A DNA stretch of 64,000 nucleotides, taken from Antedon mediterranea. Taxonomy: Eukaryota > Animalia > Echinodermata. The notes below the pieces were generated by a model. The model was not told where the DNA came from and did not search any database. It saw nothing but the letters and a program-made list of their open reading frames with translations. The DNA is taken from positions 6,138,001-6,202,000 of the forward strand of contig NC_092680.1 of assembly GCF_964355755.1 (NCBI RefSeq). Direction: 5' to 3'. Positions 23,230-35,994 of this stretch are shown here, one piece after another (within the stretch, counting starts at the first letter, position 1; each line of letters starts with the position of its first letter). The translations under genes were made by a program, and so were the position numbers.

Positions 23230-25745
23230 AACTGGTGACTCACATAATGTGGTCTGCGCATGTTACCTAAACAGTCAATATTTTGGTAAATAAAAAATGG
23301 TAAATTTTTGAAAATTTCCCTGTACTATTTTATAGTACAGTGATTTTTTTCCAAAAAATGGCCAAATTTCGACCTTTTTATTTTTCGATAAAACTGGTTA
23401 CTATAGCTCAATTGACATGCGCAGAACCCCTTATTCGCCTCTACGCATGTTTATTGTGCTATATTAAGCAGTTATATAAAAAAATGAAAGGGTAAAAAAT
23501 TGCCAATTTTCGAAAATTTCCCTGTAATAGTACAGGAATTTTAAAAAAAAATGGCATATTTTCGACATTTTTATTTTTCGATAAAACTGGTTACTATAGC
23601 ATAATTGACATGCGCAGAACACATTTTTCGACTCTGCGCATGTTTATTTTGCTATAGTAAGCAGTTATGTCAAACTGGTTACTATAGCTTAATTGACATG
23701 CGCAGAACACATTATTCGAATCTGCGCGTGTTTATTATGCTATAGTAAGCAGTTATATCAAAAAATAAAAGATCGAAAAATTGTAAATTTTTGAAAATTT
23801 CCCTGTACTATAATAGTACAGTGATTTTTTCCAAAAATAGCCAAATTTCGACCTTTTTATTTTTCGATAAAACTGGTTACTAAAGCACAATTGACATGCG
23901 CAGAACACCTTATTCGCTTCTACGCATGTTTATTATGCTATAGTAAGCAGTTGTATCAAAAAATAAAAGATCGAAAAATGGTAAATTTTTGAAAATTTCC
24001 CTGTACTATAGTACAGGAATTTTTCCAAAAAATGGCATATTTTCGACATTTTTATTTTTCGATAAAACTGGTTACTATAGCATAATTGACATGCGCAGAA
24101 CACATTTTTTGACTCTGCGCATGTTTATTTTGCAATAGTAAGCAGTTATGTCAAACTGGTTACTATAGCTTAATTGACATGCGCAGAACACATTATTTGA
24201 ATCTGCGCGTGTTTATTATGTTATAGTAAGCAGTTATATCAAAAAATAAAAAATCGAAAAATTGTAAATTTTTGAAAATTTCCCTATACTATAGTACAGT
24301 AATTTTTTCCAAAAATGGCCAAATTTCGACCTTTTTATTTTTCGATAAAACTGGTTACTATAGCACAATTGGCATGCGCAGAATCACTTATTCGACTCTA
24401 CGCATGTTTTTTGTGCTATAGTAAGCAGTTATATAAAAAATAAAAGGGTAAAAAAATGGCAAATTTTCGAAAATTTCCCTGTACTATAGTACAGGAATTT
24501 TCCCAAAAATGGCATATTTTCGACATTTTTATTTTTCGATAAAACTGGTTACTATAGCATAATTGACATGCGCAGAACACATTTTTTGACTCTGCGCATG
24601 TTTATTTTGCAATAGTAAGCAGTTATGTCAAATTGGTTACTATAGTTTAATTGACATGCGCAGAACACATTATTTGAATCTGCGCGTGTTTATTATGTTA
24701 TAGTAAGCAGTTATATAAAAAAATAAAAAATCGAAAAATGGTAAATTTTAAAAAATTTCAAAAAATAGCAAAATTTCGACCTTTTTATTTTTCGATAAAA
24801 CTGGTTACTATAGCATAATTGACATGCGCAGAACACCATATTCGCTTCTACGCATGTTTATTATGCTATAGTAAGCAGTTGTATCAACAAATAAAATATC
24901 GAAAAATGGTAAATTTTTGAAAATGTTCCTGTACCATAGTACAGGAATTTTTCAAAAAAATCGCATATTTTCGACATTTTTATTTTTCGATAAAACTGGT
25001 TACATAATTGACATGCGCAGAACACATTTTTCGACTCTGCGCATGTTTATTTTGCTATAGTAAGCAGTTATGTCTAACTGGTTACTATAGCTTAATTGAC
25101 ATGCGCAGAACACATTCGAATCTGGGCGTGTTTATTATGCCTTAGTAAGCAGTTATATAAAAAAATAAAAGGGTAAAAAAAAATTGCCAATTTTTGAGTT
25201 ATGTCAAACTGGTTACTATAGCAAAATTGACATGCGCAGAACCCATTATTCGAATCTGCGCATGTTTATAATGCTATAGTAATCAGTTATATCAACAAAA
25301 TAAAAGGGTAAACAAATGGTCAATTTTCGAAAATTTCTCTATACAGGGATTATTTTCAAAAATTGGCTAAATTATTTTTTGATAAAACTGGTTACTATAG
25401 CATAATTGACATGCGAAGAACACTTATTCTGCGCATGTTTATTATGCTATAGTAACCAGTTATGTAAAAAAAAAATAAAAGGTTAAAAAATGGTCAATTT
25501 TCGACTTTTATATTTTTCGGTAAAACTGGTTACTATAACATAACTGACATGCGCAGAACACATTATTTGACTCTGCTCATGTTTATTATGCTATACTAAC
25601 CAGTTATGTCAAACTGGTAACTATAGCATAATTGACATGGGCAGAAAACCTTATTCGACTCTACGCATGTTTATTATATAGTAAGAAGTTATATAAAAAA
25701 ATAAAGGGGTCAAAAAATGGCAAAGTTTCGAAAATTTCCCTGAAA
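23230..25745. repeat. Higher-order tandem array (period ~479 bp) of an ~82-bp hairpin unit and an ~108-bp palindromic linker
   Basis: Sixteen copies of aactggttactatagcataattgacatgcgcaga-loop-tctgcgcatgtttattatgctatagtaagcagtt starting near 23391, 23584, 23672, 23870, 24065, 24153, 24348, 24542, 24630, 24798, 24993, 25076, 25206, 25385, 25523 and 25611. Linkers are centred on gtactatagtac. Confidence 0.95.
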
Positions 25746-27558
25746 TAACAATTTCGTAGGATATGTTCACATTTGGCAGGCATTGACAGCATTTTAATAT
25801 CGTTTCCGTTGAATATATGTATTTTAATAGGGGCGTAAAAAAAAGGGCTGAGAGAAGATATACTGGATCCAACAATATACACAAGTGATAATTTGCACAT
25901 TGTAAATTGATTTATTTCCACCATTTTGAATCTATTACTATGTTAATATTTGCACTATAAACGTGTTACTAGTATTTTGTAATTTCTATTAATTAGCTTT
26001 TATGTGGGTTACAATTACATAAGCCAACGACACAATACGACTTCTGATGACATCTATAATTGCCTAGGAATTTCAGAATTTAACTAATGCATTACGCATT
26101 TTTAATACTGTAGTTGTTATCATTTAAAATAAGGAACAGAAAACAACCCAATTGCCTAATTACCATAAGGCAATATAGTATTCACATTAGCCAGTCTAAA
26201 CTATTTAATACTATAACTTAAACAATCAATAATAGTATATTATATATATATATATTTCTTTTCTACAAAATATACATTTTTGTTGTTTAGCTTTCCTGAC
26301 GAATATTGATTTAACGAAAGTAGAAATAGTTCGTCCAACAGGTACTATAGATTTATTAATTATATAATCTTTGAATTATCATTGGCATACACAATATATA
26401 ATCAACAGATTAGCCACGATAACATTTTCTGATTTCTATATTATGTATTTTATGAAATGTCTTAAAATCCAATAAGTAGTTCATTCGATTCTGCAGAATG
26501 TCGCCCCTAACAACTGTGTCCAAATCTACCCAATTTGTGATGTAGACTAGCAGTTTATCAGTATTTTATTAATACTAACAAATACAGAGGAAACCAATGC
26601 TTCAACATAGAATGTATTTCAAATGTTTTTGTAGCTGAGAAGTCTTTTTCCAAAAGCTTGTGACGTTTTGGCAAAAGTATTGAGTATTCGGTACAATTTC
26701 GTTAGTAGAGTCGTGAAAAAACATCTTTACATTTTATTCCCAGGCGCAAAATGTTCATTTAGTAATAATCGTCACAAAATGTTTAATATATTCAGTTATA
26801 ACGAATCACGCTATCACATTACAGGCCTAATTTCTGATTCTTTCTTCATCTCACTGAAACATTATCTGTGAAGATATGAACTTTCCAAGTCATAATATCA
26901 TGTAAATGTTTAATTTCTTTCAACCAAGTTGTGTGCCAATTGGGGTTTCATAATGTTTCTGCAAAAATCAAGCTGTGTGCCAATCGCCGTTTCATAAAGT
27001 TTCTAAAATGTTTCAATCGACGTTTTTTAAAATTTCTGCATCAACCAAGTTGTTTCAATTCATGTAGTTCAATTAATTAAACAACATTGGCATACTAAAT
27101 ATACATTTGCAAAACTTGGTATCCAATAATATGTACCACTTTTCTTCTTCTGGTGCAAGGTTGAACATTTAAAAATATCGCGTCAGTTCAATAGAAACGT
27201 TAAGGCGTCCAACAGACACCAGACCATTTTACATATAACAAGGCGTTGACAAAATGATAAAGCGTTCACAAGAACCCGATTATGTACAATCATATCTGCG
27301 CATATTGAAGGTAATATTGTCCATCTGATCCACATCAATACACATCGTGCTTAGAGTTGTTATAATTTTTCATTATTTGTCATAATGTTTTATCTTGTTT
27401 ATTTACATCTGCTACAATCAGCCTACCAAGTTGTTTTAATTTGGATGTTTTCGGTTTTTAATTTAGCATATCTTCTATTATACACTATCAAGAATATTAC
27501 CACTGTAATATATTGTGTTACACGTTCATCATATATCATTACGATTTGTATTATACTG

Positions 27559-30500
27559 TCATACCTTTGTAACACAAGACATTGTCGTTATGTTATTTGT
27601 ATCGTCGCTTGGCACCTTCGTGTGATACTTCCTGCTCTCTCCATTATTTAGTAAACTTCGTCTGCAGCAGGGGCTTAGCGCTCCCTGGAAATACTTCTTG
27701 AAAGACGCGGTTGTAAATGCATAAATAAACGGATTAACACAACTATTTGAGTATGCTAAACACAGAGCGGACGTTCGAATAATCGCTTTTTTCATTGAAG
27801 GATCATCATCCGATGATCCAAGTTTTTCCCAAAGAAGTATACATTGAATTGGCCCCCAAGAAATGAGAAAAATTAAAACAACAATAAGGACCATCTTCGT
27901 TATTTTCTGCTTTTGTTTTATGGATCGTTTTCTGGCCTGTGCACTTTCCGTTCCTGCAGTTGTCTTCCGCCAGACTAAGACTAAAATGTTTGCGTAGCAG
28001 ACGACGATTACCGCCAGAGGAATAATATACAAGATAAATGTCATAAAAATGTAATAAAACTTCTTTTTTCTCTCATCATCTTCAAATGATGGATGGCATC
28101 CTTTATCTGTAAAATCTGTCAGAACTGCCAACGGTAGATGTATAAGAAAAGATACTATTTAAATAAAAAGAATATCAAATGGTTATTAAACATGCATTAT
28201 GTGTACTATATAGGAAGATGAATAGTTGTATTATTCCTCTTAAAGTGCCTTGTCGTGCATCATAAATTACGTAGCCTAAATTCCATACGTCAACAATTAA
28301 CAATTGATCTTTAGAAGTACTCTATTTAACCCTGACAAAGGATTAGTGTTTTTCATAATGTTTTCCAAAAACTTAGCACTTCTTTCTGTATGCTCTACTC
28401 GTTTTGATTTTAACTTTTCTAGTTTTATTTGTATCTCCATTAGGATACATTGAGCAATTTGTTTAAATCTAATTTAGATTAATCGGCCTTGTTTGCTTTT
28501 GTTGTTATTTCCACAAACATTACCAATATAATTTCACAAAATAAGATAAAATGTATCTTTGTTATTACAATAAAAAAAGTACAACCTGTGGAAATAAGCC
28601 AAAATAAATTTACGTAATGACAAACAGATTAATTAAACATAAACAATAATAAATAAACTTTTATTTCGCTTATTCTTTTGAGATAATTTGTGTCCATTGA
28701 TGAAATACCGTACTTACCGACCCATATAACAATACATACAAGGAACACTTTGAATGAGGTTCTCTTCTGACGAGAAGCTACCGCGTGTACAATCATATAG
28801 TAACGATCAACCGACATTGCCGCCAACGTGAAACATGTTGCCTGTACCGTTACCTAGTAACATAAAAACAAAATGTGACTTGTGTTATCATAGTAAATTA
28901 CAGTATAAATATTCTATATTTATATCTTTGATGGTCGGTGAAACGTTCCATTAACTAATTGAGTGTTATTATTATCGTAACCATAACATGACTGTATAAA
29001 ATGTACAAATTGCTAATTTGGTCGTCGTCGTCGTGAGTGAAATACTATTGATTTCTGACCATATTTTAACATACACAATAAATATCATGAAATGAAAAAA
29101 AAATAAAAAATGTTATTATCATTTTGCAGAAAATTAAAGCCTAACTTTGCTTCCTTGTTCAATGGTATACCACTTTTCCCTCGTGCTATTCCGATATTCC
29201 CTCAAACTCTCGTAGGGTTGTTTAAAAACAAAATTTCAGTAAATTTGTAGTAAAATAGAAAATATATAAGAGAAATGTGAACAAAATCTTTTGTCCTCTG
29301 ATATTTTGCGTATAGAAACTGCCAAAAATAAACCCGATATCGAGAAAGTTAATATACAAAACTGCTTCAATGAAATATTACCAAACAAATCAATTGAGCA
29401 GTCCTGGAAAATAATTGTCGCCATGGACTTTACATCGTCAGATGTCAATAAATCGTAAGACATTCTCTAAACAACATTTTAAAACCCGGATATTTGTTTG
29501 AATAAATCAGAGTTGCTTGTTTAAAGTTAGGTTTGAAAGATTGAATATTATTGTAAACGAAAATTAAAATAGCTATTATTCAGTGTTAGTTAAACTGCTC
29601 ACACTAAATATAAACTCGTCCATGACTGTGGCAATCAATGTTGTTCTTTTGTTAATATTAATACTAATTGCATTGTTAGTCTGTAAATTGGATTTGTCTG
29701 TTGAAAAAAAAACAAAACGTGCTTTTATTGCAGCAAATAATGATTTAATTTATATCAGAGACCGCGTATCAGCTCGTAATTATATCATAATTAGGTACTA
29801 TATAATTTGGATTTATATAATTATTATTCCATTTTCGGTTAGTTTATATTATCAAAATTCCCAAGAGAAAACTTGCCCATATTTCTATGTTAAAGTCTTT
29901 TAACCACCGAATAACTAATAATAATATAAATTTAATTTCTTCACTATAACCAGTTTAATAACAACACGATTCCAATGAGGGTCGTAAACACACACCACTA
30001 ACTTACAAGTCAGACTTCTAATTTGGAAAATAATTATAATTATACTAGAGATTACCTTTAAGAAATAAAAAACACAATAAGTTACTACTCTTATCTTCAA
30101 TAGTTTGATCCTCACATTTTGTATGTTAAAGAATTTTTCTAATATTGAATGTATTGTGAATATGCCTTCTGATGAACCCGATACGTACTGCAGTCTACTG
30201 ATGCTAGGGTTATTTTCTTGTCTCTGCTACTATAATTTGTACATGTAGTTGCCACTGCTGGCTCCTTTTGATGGCATCGTCTTTATTTTCACATATTAGA
30301 GTTGCAACTGTAGCTGCTACAGTCGTTGTCACTATTGCTGTTGCTCCCGATGACCTGTATTATTTTAATTTATTTCAGTTTTCACAGTCATTGTTGCTCC
30401 TGATAAAACAGTCTTATCTTCACACATTGCAGTTGCCACTGTAGCTACTGCAGTCTTGTTGCTGTCGTTGCTGCTCCGGATGAACCAGTCTTATTTTTAC

Positions 30501-33500
30501 ACATTGTAGTTGCCACTGTAGCTACAGTACTGCAGTCTTGCTGCTGTCGTTGCTGCTCCTGAAGGATCAGTCTTATTATCACACATTTTAGTTGCCACTG
30601 TAGCTACTGCCGTCTTCCTGTTGTTCACTGCAGCTTCTGATGAAACAGTTTTATCTTCACACATTGTAGTTGCCATTGTAGCTACTGCAGCCTCGCTGCT
30701 TTCGTTGCTGCCCCTGATGAAACAGTTTCAATACACATTGTAGTTGCCACTGTAGCTACTGTAGTATTGCTGCTATCGTTCTATTGCTCCTGATGAAACA
30801 TATTACAGTTGCAACTGCAGGAATATTTTATTGTTCTTGATAAAAATCCTTTTTGTTTTTACATATTGCAATTACAACTGTTTTTACTTCTGCCATTGCT
30901 GCTCCTTAAAACGCTACCTTATTTTCACGTTTCCACTTTTGCTGATTTTATTGATGCTCTTAATGATCACATCACATATCATCATATTTCTGTTTTATGC
31001 TTATGCTAAGGATATGAAAATCATAGACAGTAAGATGTTAACAATATATGGGGATTGGAATGGAATACTACACCACCACCCTAGCTATTATGAACTGAGT
31101 GTCAAATTGTCTACAACGAATCATTTGGGACTGGATGTCGTCTTTACACCAATGTCTGTATTCCATTAATCATTTCGTCTTGGGGTATTTTAATTGTGTA
31201 TTTACTTTGATTATAATATAAATTATTATGATGTAGTTTGTGGAAGTCGATATTGAAATAATTTAATGAAAGCAACTATTTATCAGAAAAGGTTTATGTG
31301 GAAATAAGCACCATTTATTTTAGGCGGGAAACTAAATCCCAAAGGCAGGTGACAGAAAAGCTAAGTCATCTTGTTGTTCCGGTTTAAAATAAAATAAAAA
31401 TAAGGATATTAAAAAAATCGATATCAAATCAATCAGAATCGCTTTATTCGGTTTGAGATTATTTTTGAAACATCTTGATGTCTTTGCCAGTTTAGCTTGA
31501 TAGAACCACGTAGAAAGAATTATGTTTCCATGATTGAACATAAACTTTGGAATTACTTGATTAAACTTTAATCACAAAAATACGGAAGCCGATTCCAGCG
31601 TTCTTGCCTGCGGTAAGCTTGCTTGTTTACTAATACGAGAACATGAGATCTGTCCCGAGTCTAAGCCAGAGGTAGTATTCTCCTGCTCGTTATTCTACCT
31701 GTCAACACCTTTGACATTAATTTATTTATCTTCTAAAGTATCGAGTGAAAAGCCTCAGGTAATATGCAGTATTCCACATACTGATATTTGACATTTTAAG
31801 TGAACTACAGTAATGTACTCTTTGACAACATTAAAATCATCCCATCTATACATCATCTATATTTACTTTTCCAATAATTTATGTATTAATCGTTTTTATC
31901 ATCTGTTCACTCTCTAGAGTTTGAAACCTCAGGTATTCCAAGACGATAAATTCAGTGATAAATTCATTTTCAGATTAATTTAAAAGTGCCGAGATGGAGA
32001 ACTGTTAATGATTAGAAGCGTTATCAACATACCTGAAGGGGAAAAGGTCATTTAATAGTGAATACATGTATTTCCATTGGCATAGCGAACGATGCCCCAA
32101 ACAGGCAAGGATGAGTAACCAAATATGATATGGATTGGATAAATTAAGTTTGCAGTTATACAATTTTCAAAGGCATACCCTTTCAGATCTTACTATGATA
32201 GTTGTCTTTTTCTACAATATCAGCGTGGCTTCTGTGAATATATATTTTTAACTTTCAAATTTGTTTTTATCAATACTTTATTATTAGTATTTTATTTTAG
32301 ATGTTTGTACTGTACAGTTCCTTGAGATGTTTATTCACATATATAAATTATATTAAGTCATATGCGGTGTCTGAAATAAACTTCAAAAACATTTGAAGCT
32401 GGAATCAATTATATATCAATATTTTAAATAAGAAATTTGTAATTCTTATTCGATTGAAATCATGGCAATACGTTTATCAAAGGAAATAACAAATAAAGGC
32501 GCTATATAAGTATGTTTATGCCATAATAATGGATGTTAACAATAGGTTTGTCTTTCTTAATTCAAGTCTTATGAGAGATGGTGAAGCCATTAGAATGGCA
32601 TTGAACTTTCCCTAAAAAGACACTCGGGAATGTGTCAACATAAAATTACCACTTAACTAACAATAATTAGATATTCCGACTTTTATAATACTATTGTAAT
32701 TACACTAAATGATTATGTTTAACTACATATCTTTCATTGTAGAAACAGGTGTATTGCTAACGACGAAATTTTAAACTTAATGAGTTCTTCAATAACGCTC
32801 TTGTTTTCTAGATTATCAAACTGTCTACTCTGAAGTAATTACCAAAACATTAGTAGTGCAGATAAAAAAACCAAAAGATGACCTGTTGTCGGATTATCCA
32901 GACAAGTGAGTCTGTAAGACGGCAAGAATTCTACAACAAGCACCGGAGAAGTTTTAAAGATTGGACATACCATGGTTAACTAATAATGAAATTTTTTAAA
33001 CTAGATAAACAATAGCCTATCCGTTAAAGTTATTTTACAAACGAAAGATAATATTATTGAATATCAAATGTTTGGTGACTTTTGCCATTTAGATCTATTT
33101 TTTCCAGCTTGCTCCTACTTCATATGGCTCAACGTCTACCTTACGTAGACTTGCTTCAACTGCAAAATTATTATTATTATTATTATTAAATGGGTTAACG
33201 TAAAAGAAAAACTGTTAGATTGTTTTAGTACGTTATGATAGTTATAAATATATATCTATGCTCATCCGTACCACGACGAGGATGAAAAAGATTCGCTATC
33301 CAATCGAATTTGAACAATACCATAACACCCCCCCCCCCCCCCCCCAAATATGCATATCAAGCAAACTGTTCCGGTTTCGAATTTCGATTTTTGCGACTTT
33401 TCCATCATTATCGTTTAGAATTTTGTTTTAAATGTAAAATAACGAAGGCAAATATGGTTTTAAAAACATCAAAATAAATCATTTTATGCATATACAGCAA

Positions 33501-35994
33501 ATGTTCTATTACAACTGCTTTAAACGTTGTAACATATAAACGAGAGGAAAAAATATGCTTACAAAATTTAATATTTATAATAATAGAGTATGATAATAAA
33601 AGTGGGACGAACCCACACAAGACAAAAAAAACCAAATTATTATTATTATTTAATAGACTTGCTTTTTAGCCATTGGCTGTTTTATGTTTTTACTATCTTT
33701 TGATATGTATCCGTTTGTAGTCGAATCGCCGTCTAAAATTAAGACTAGTCCACACGGAACTGAAAGCAACGAATATACTTACCCGCATGCGCCCAATTGA
33801 TTAAAATGACCTGACTTGTTCCCAGGTCGTCGCAATCGAAAGCTCCCTAGTATGTATTATACAGGGCAATTACATCACAGTTAATCAATACAATACAAGA
33901 AAATACCAATGCAATTAAGAGCGATATTGTGGTTATGAAAAGCATTCTTATGATAGAATTTCGAATAGGAATCATACTAATTATACAGAACACGAATGTA
34001 TCTGTGCGCCAAGTACCTGACTATTGATTAGATGGCAATTCAAGTAACTAGCAGCTCTAGGTCTGTATTATGTGAGTGTATTAATATCACACTATCATGA
34101 ATTGGAGTAGTATGAAAACCAAGCTAAAAGGAAAACATTGTCAACAGGCAGCTTAAAACACAAATGAAAAGAGTAGACATAGGCCTAATGTTCACAAACA
34201 GAAAGGCTAAATAATTGTATTGATTAGTCCAAGTGTAAACACACCGACTATACCCTAGTTTCTCATTGAAGTCTTTATCATTTGATTTTAAATACATATA
34301 TTAAGTGGCCTGTCTGTCTGCATAATGTTGACTTATTAGGCCTTTCTTTATCATTATTGACGTGGTACTGTCATATACGCTTCCTTAGTTTAGTGGGCTA
34401 AAAATATGTTAACAACCAAGCATAATATTATTAAAAGTAGCTCCAGGCTTAAAATTTTAAAATTAAAATTGCTTATAAAATATAGACCTCTGCAACAGCA
34501 TTGATAATAACCTCACTATTGTAGCAAGGTTTAATCGCAAAGATACATACCACACAGAGAAGGTAATACCACCTTACTCCACCGGGGCAGTTTTGAACTG
34601 TAGTTTTAAAAACCTTTCCGGTAAAATTCTGGTAATTTTGATACCCCATTAACGCCTAATTATGCCATTTGTTGATGAATATAGTCCAAGGAAACAATAC
34701 AAATTTATACTTTTTAATGTGTTTTTTCTCTCGGCGTCCTTATAACTGTGTGACGTGTAAATATGGCCGAGAACTTCCGAGCTCCTGTCAAGGCGTTCGG
34801 GTGTAAGTTAATAATGGAAAATCTGCATTCGTTTTTTTTTATAATTAACGTAGCGGTTGCTATTGATACTTGTACATACGTACGGTCAGTAGTTCAAAAC
34901 TCATGGCGGTTTAATTAATTTTCGTTTTCGTCAGGTAAACCATACTTAAATAATAACCTTATGAGTTAGTCAAACCAAACAAGATAGAATTTAATGAATA
35001 TATGTTGCCATTCAAGAATTCCCATCAATTTCTTATTATGGGAAACACGTGTACATTGTATCTCTCACATCTCTTCTAATAAGAACGTATCACCGAGCAA
35101 CAAATGGCAATAGTTCGCTTCCACATCTATGAATTATCTCACATATGACTGGATTTTTATAATGCAAGGTGTTGAAAACAACAATTTCATTTGATTACGT
35201 TCCGGGAGTGAATGGTCAATTTGGTCGTGATGCATTTATTTAATTATCTTTTAATCATATATTAATTACACCACCTTCTGCCAGTCATGGTTTTTTTTAG
35301 ACAATAGATAATTAATACAAATATATTATATTAATCCACATTGTATATAATAAATATGATAAATATTCAAATTAAATTGTTATGAGTTTTTTTATAATGT
35401 GATCGTATGCCAACAATCTGGAGTATATTTTTCTCACGAGAATTTTATTTATCGGTAATATTTACCCAGGGTGGCCAAATCCAAAAATATATATTTATTA
35501 CCATATCTATTGCTTTAAGTGTCTTTTTCAGTTTCTATGTAGAAACTGATCATTTAGGGCCCTCAATAAAATATAAAAATAATATTGAATATTCAGAGCT
35601 ATGAAAGAAGAACAAAACAAGAATATTCAAATATTTTCATACATCAGTCAACAAATAAATAGAAAATACTTACGAACTGCATATAAGTTACGATTTTACA
35701 AAGAAAAAGAGTTGCATCCCATCCGGCAATGTTAGCAGCGGTTGGAATTGCACAGATTATTAACAGAGCTATATCCGTTACGGAGAGGTTAGCAATGAAA
35801 TAATTTGTAACGTTGTGCATATCACGGTGTTTAGCGACGACGTAAATAACTAGTGAATTCCCGCAAATTCCAATAGCGGCGATTAGTAACATTATCGTCG
35901 GAAATACAATTGTAGCGACTTTTTCGGCTGTTCCTACAACCGAATCGTTGTATGCTACGGTAATCGTAACGGGAACTTGCGTAGTTCCTTCCAT
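27559..35994 (-). CDS. Kisspeptin-type (KISS1R/GPR54-like) rhodopsin-class neuropeptide GPCR, 350 aa, 3 coding exons
   Basis: Exons 35994-35674, 28853-28718 and 28154-27559 (GT-AG, phases 0 and 1, 1053 nt). The ATG at 35994 has an in-frame stop upstream. Motifs: GNSLVIYV, VTNYFIANLSVTD, CKIVTYMQFVTVQATCFTLAAMSVDRY, YIIPL, SWGPIQ and LAYSNSCVNPFIY. VQATC.TL.AMSVDR and WGPIQ are characteristic of KISS1R. Confidence 0.9.
30230..30905. repeat. ~77-bp minisatellite in the long GPCR intron
   Basis: About 8 diverged units of cacacattgtagttgccactgtagctactgcagtcttgttgctgtcgttgctgctcctgatgaaacagtcttatctt. The best copies start near 30421, 30498, 30580, 30658 and 30733. Confidence 0.9.

Noticed and set aside
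23230-25745. CRISPR-like appearance (palindromic repeats with intervening sequence)
   Set aside because: The intervening sequences are themselves repeated rather than unique spacers, the units are 82-108 bp, there are no cas genes, and the context is an intron-rich animal genome.
33327-33346. Poly-C run and other microsatellites ((TAT)n at 42035, (TCAA)n at 47920)
   Set aside because: Ordinary simple repeats with no associated structure.
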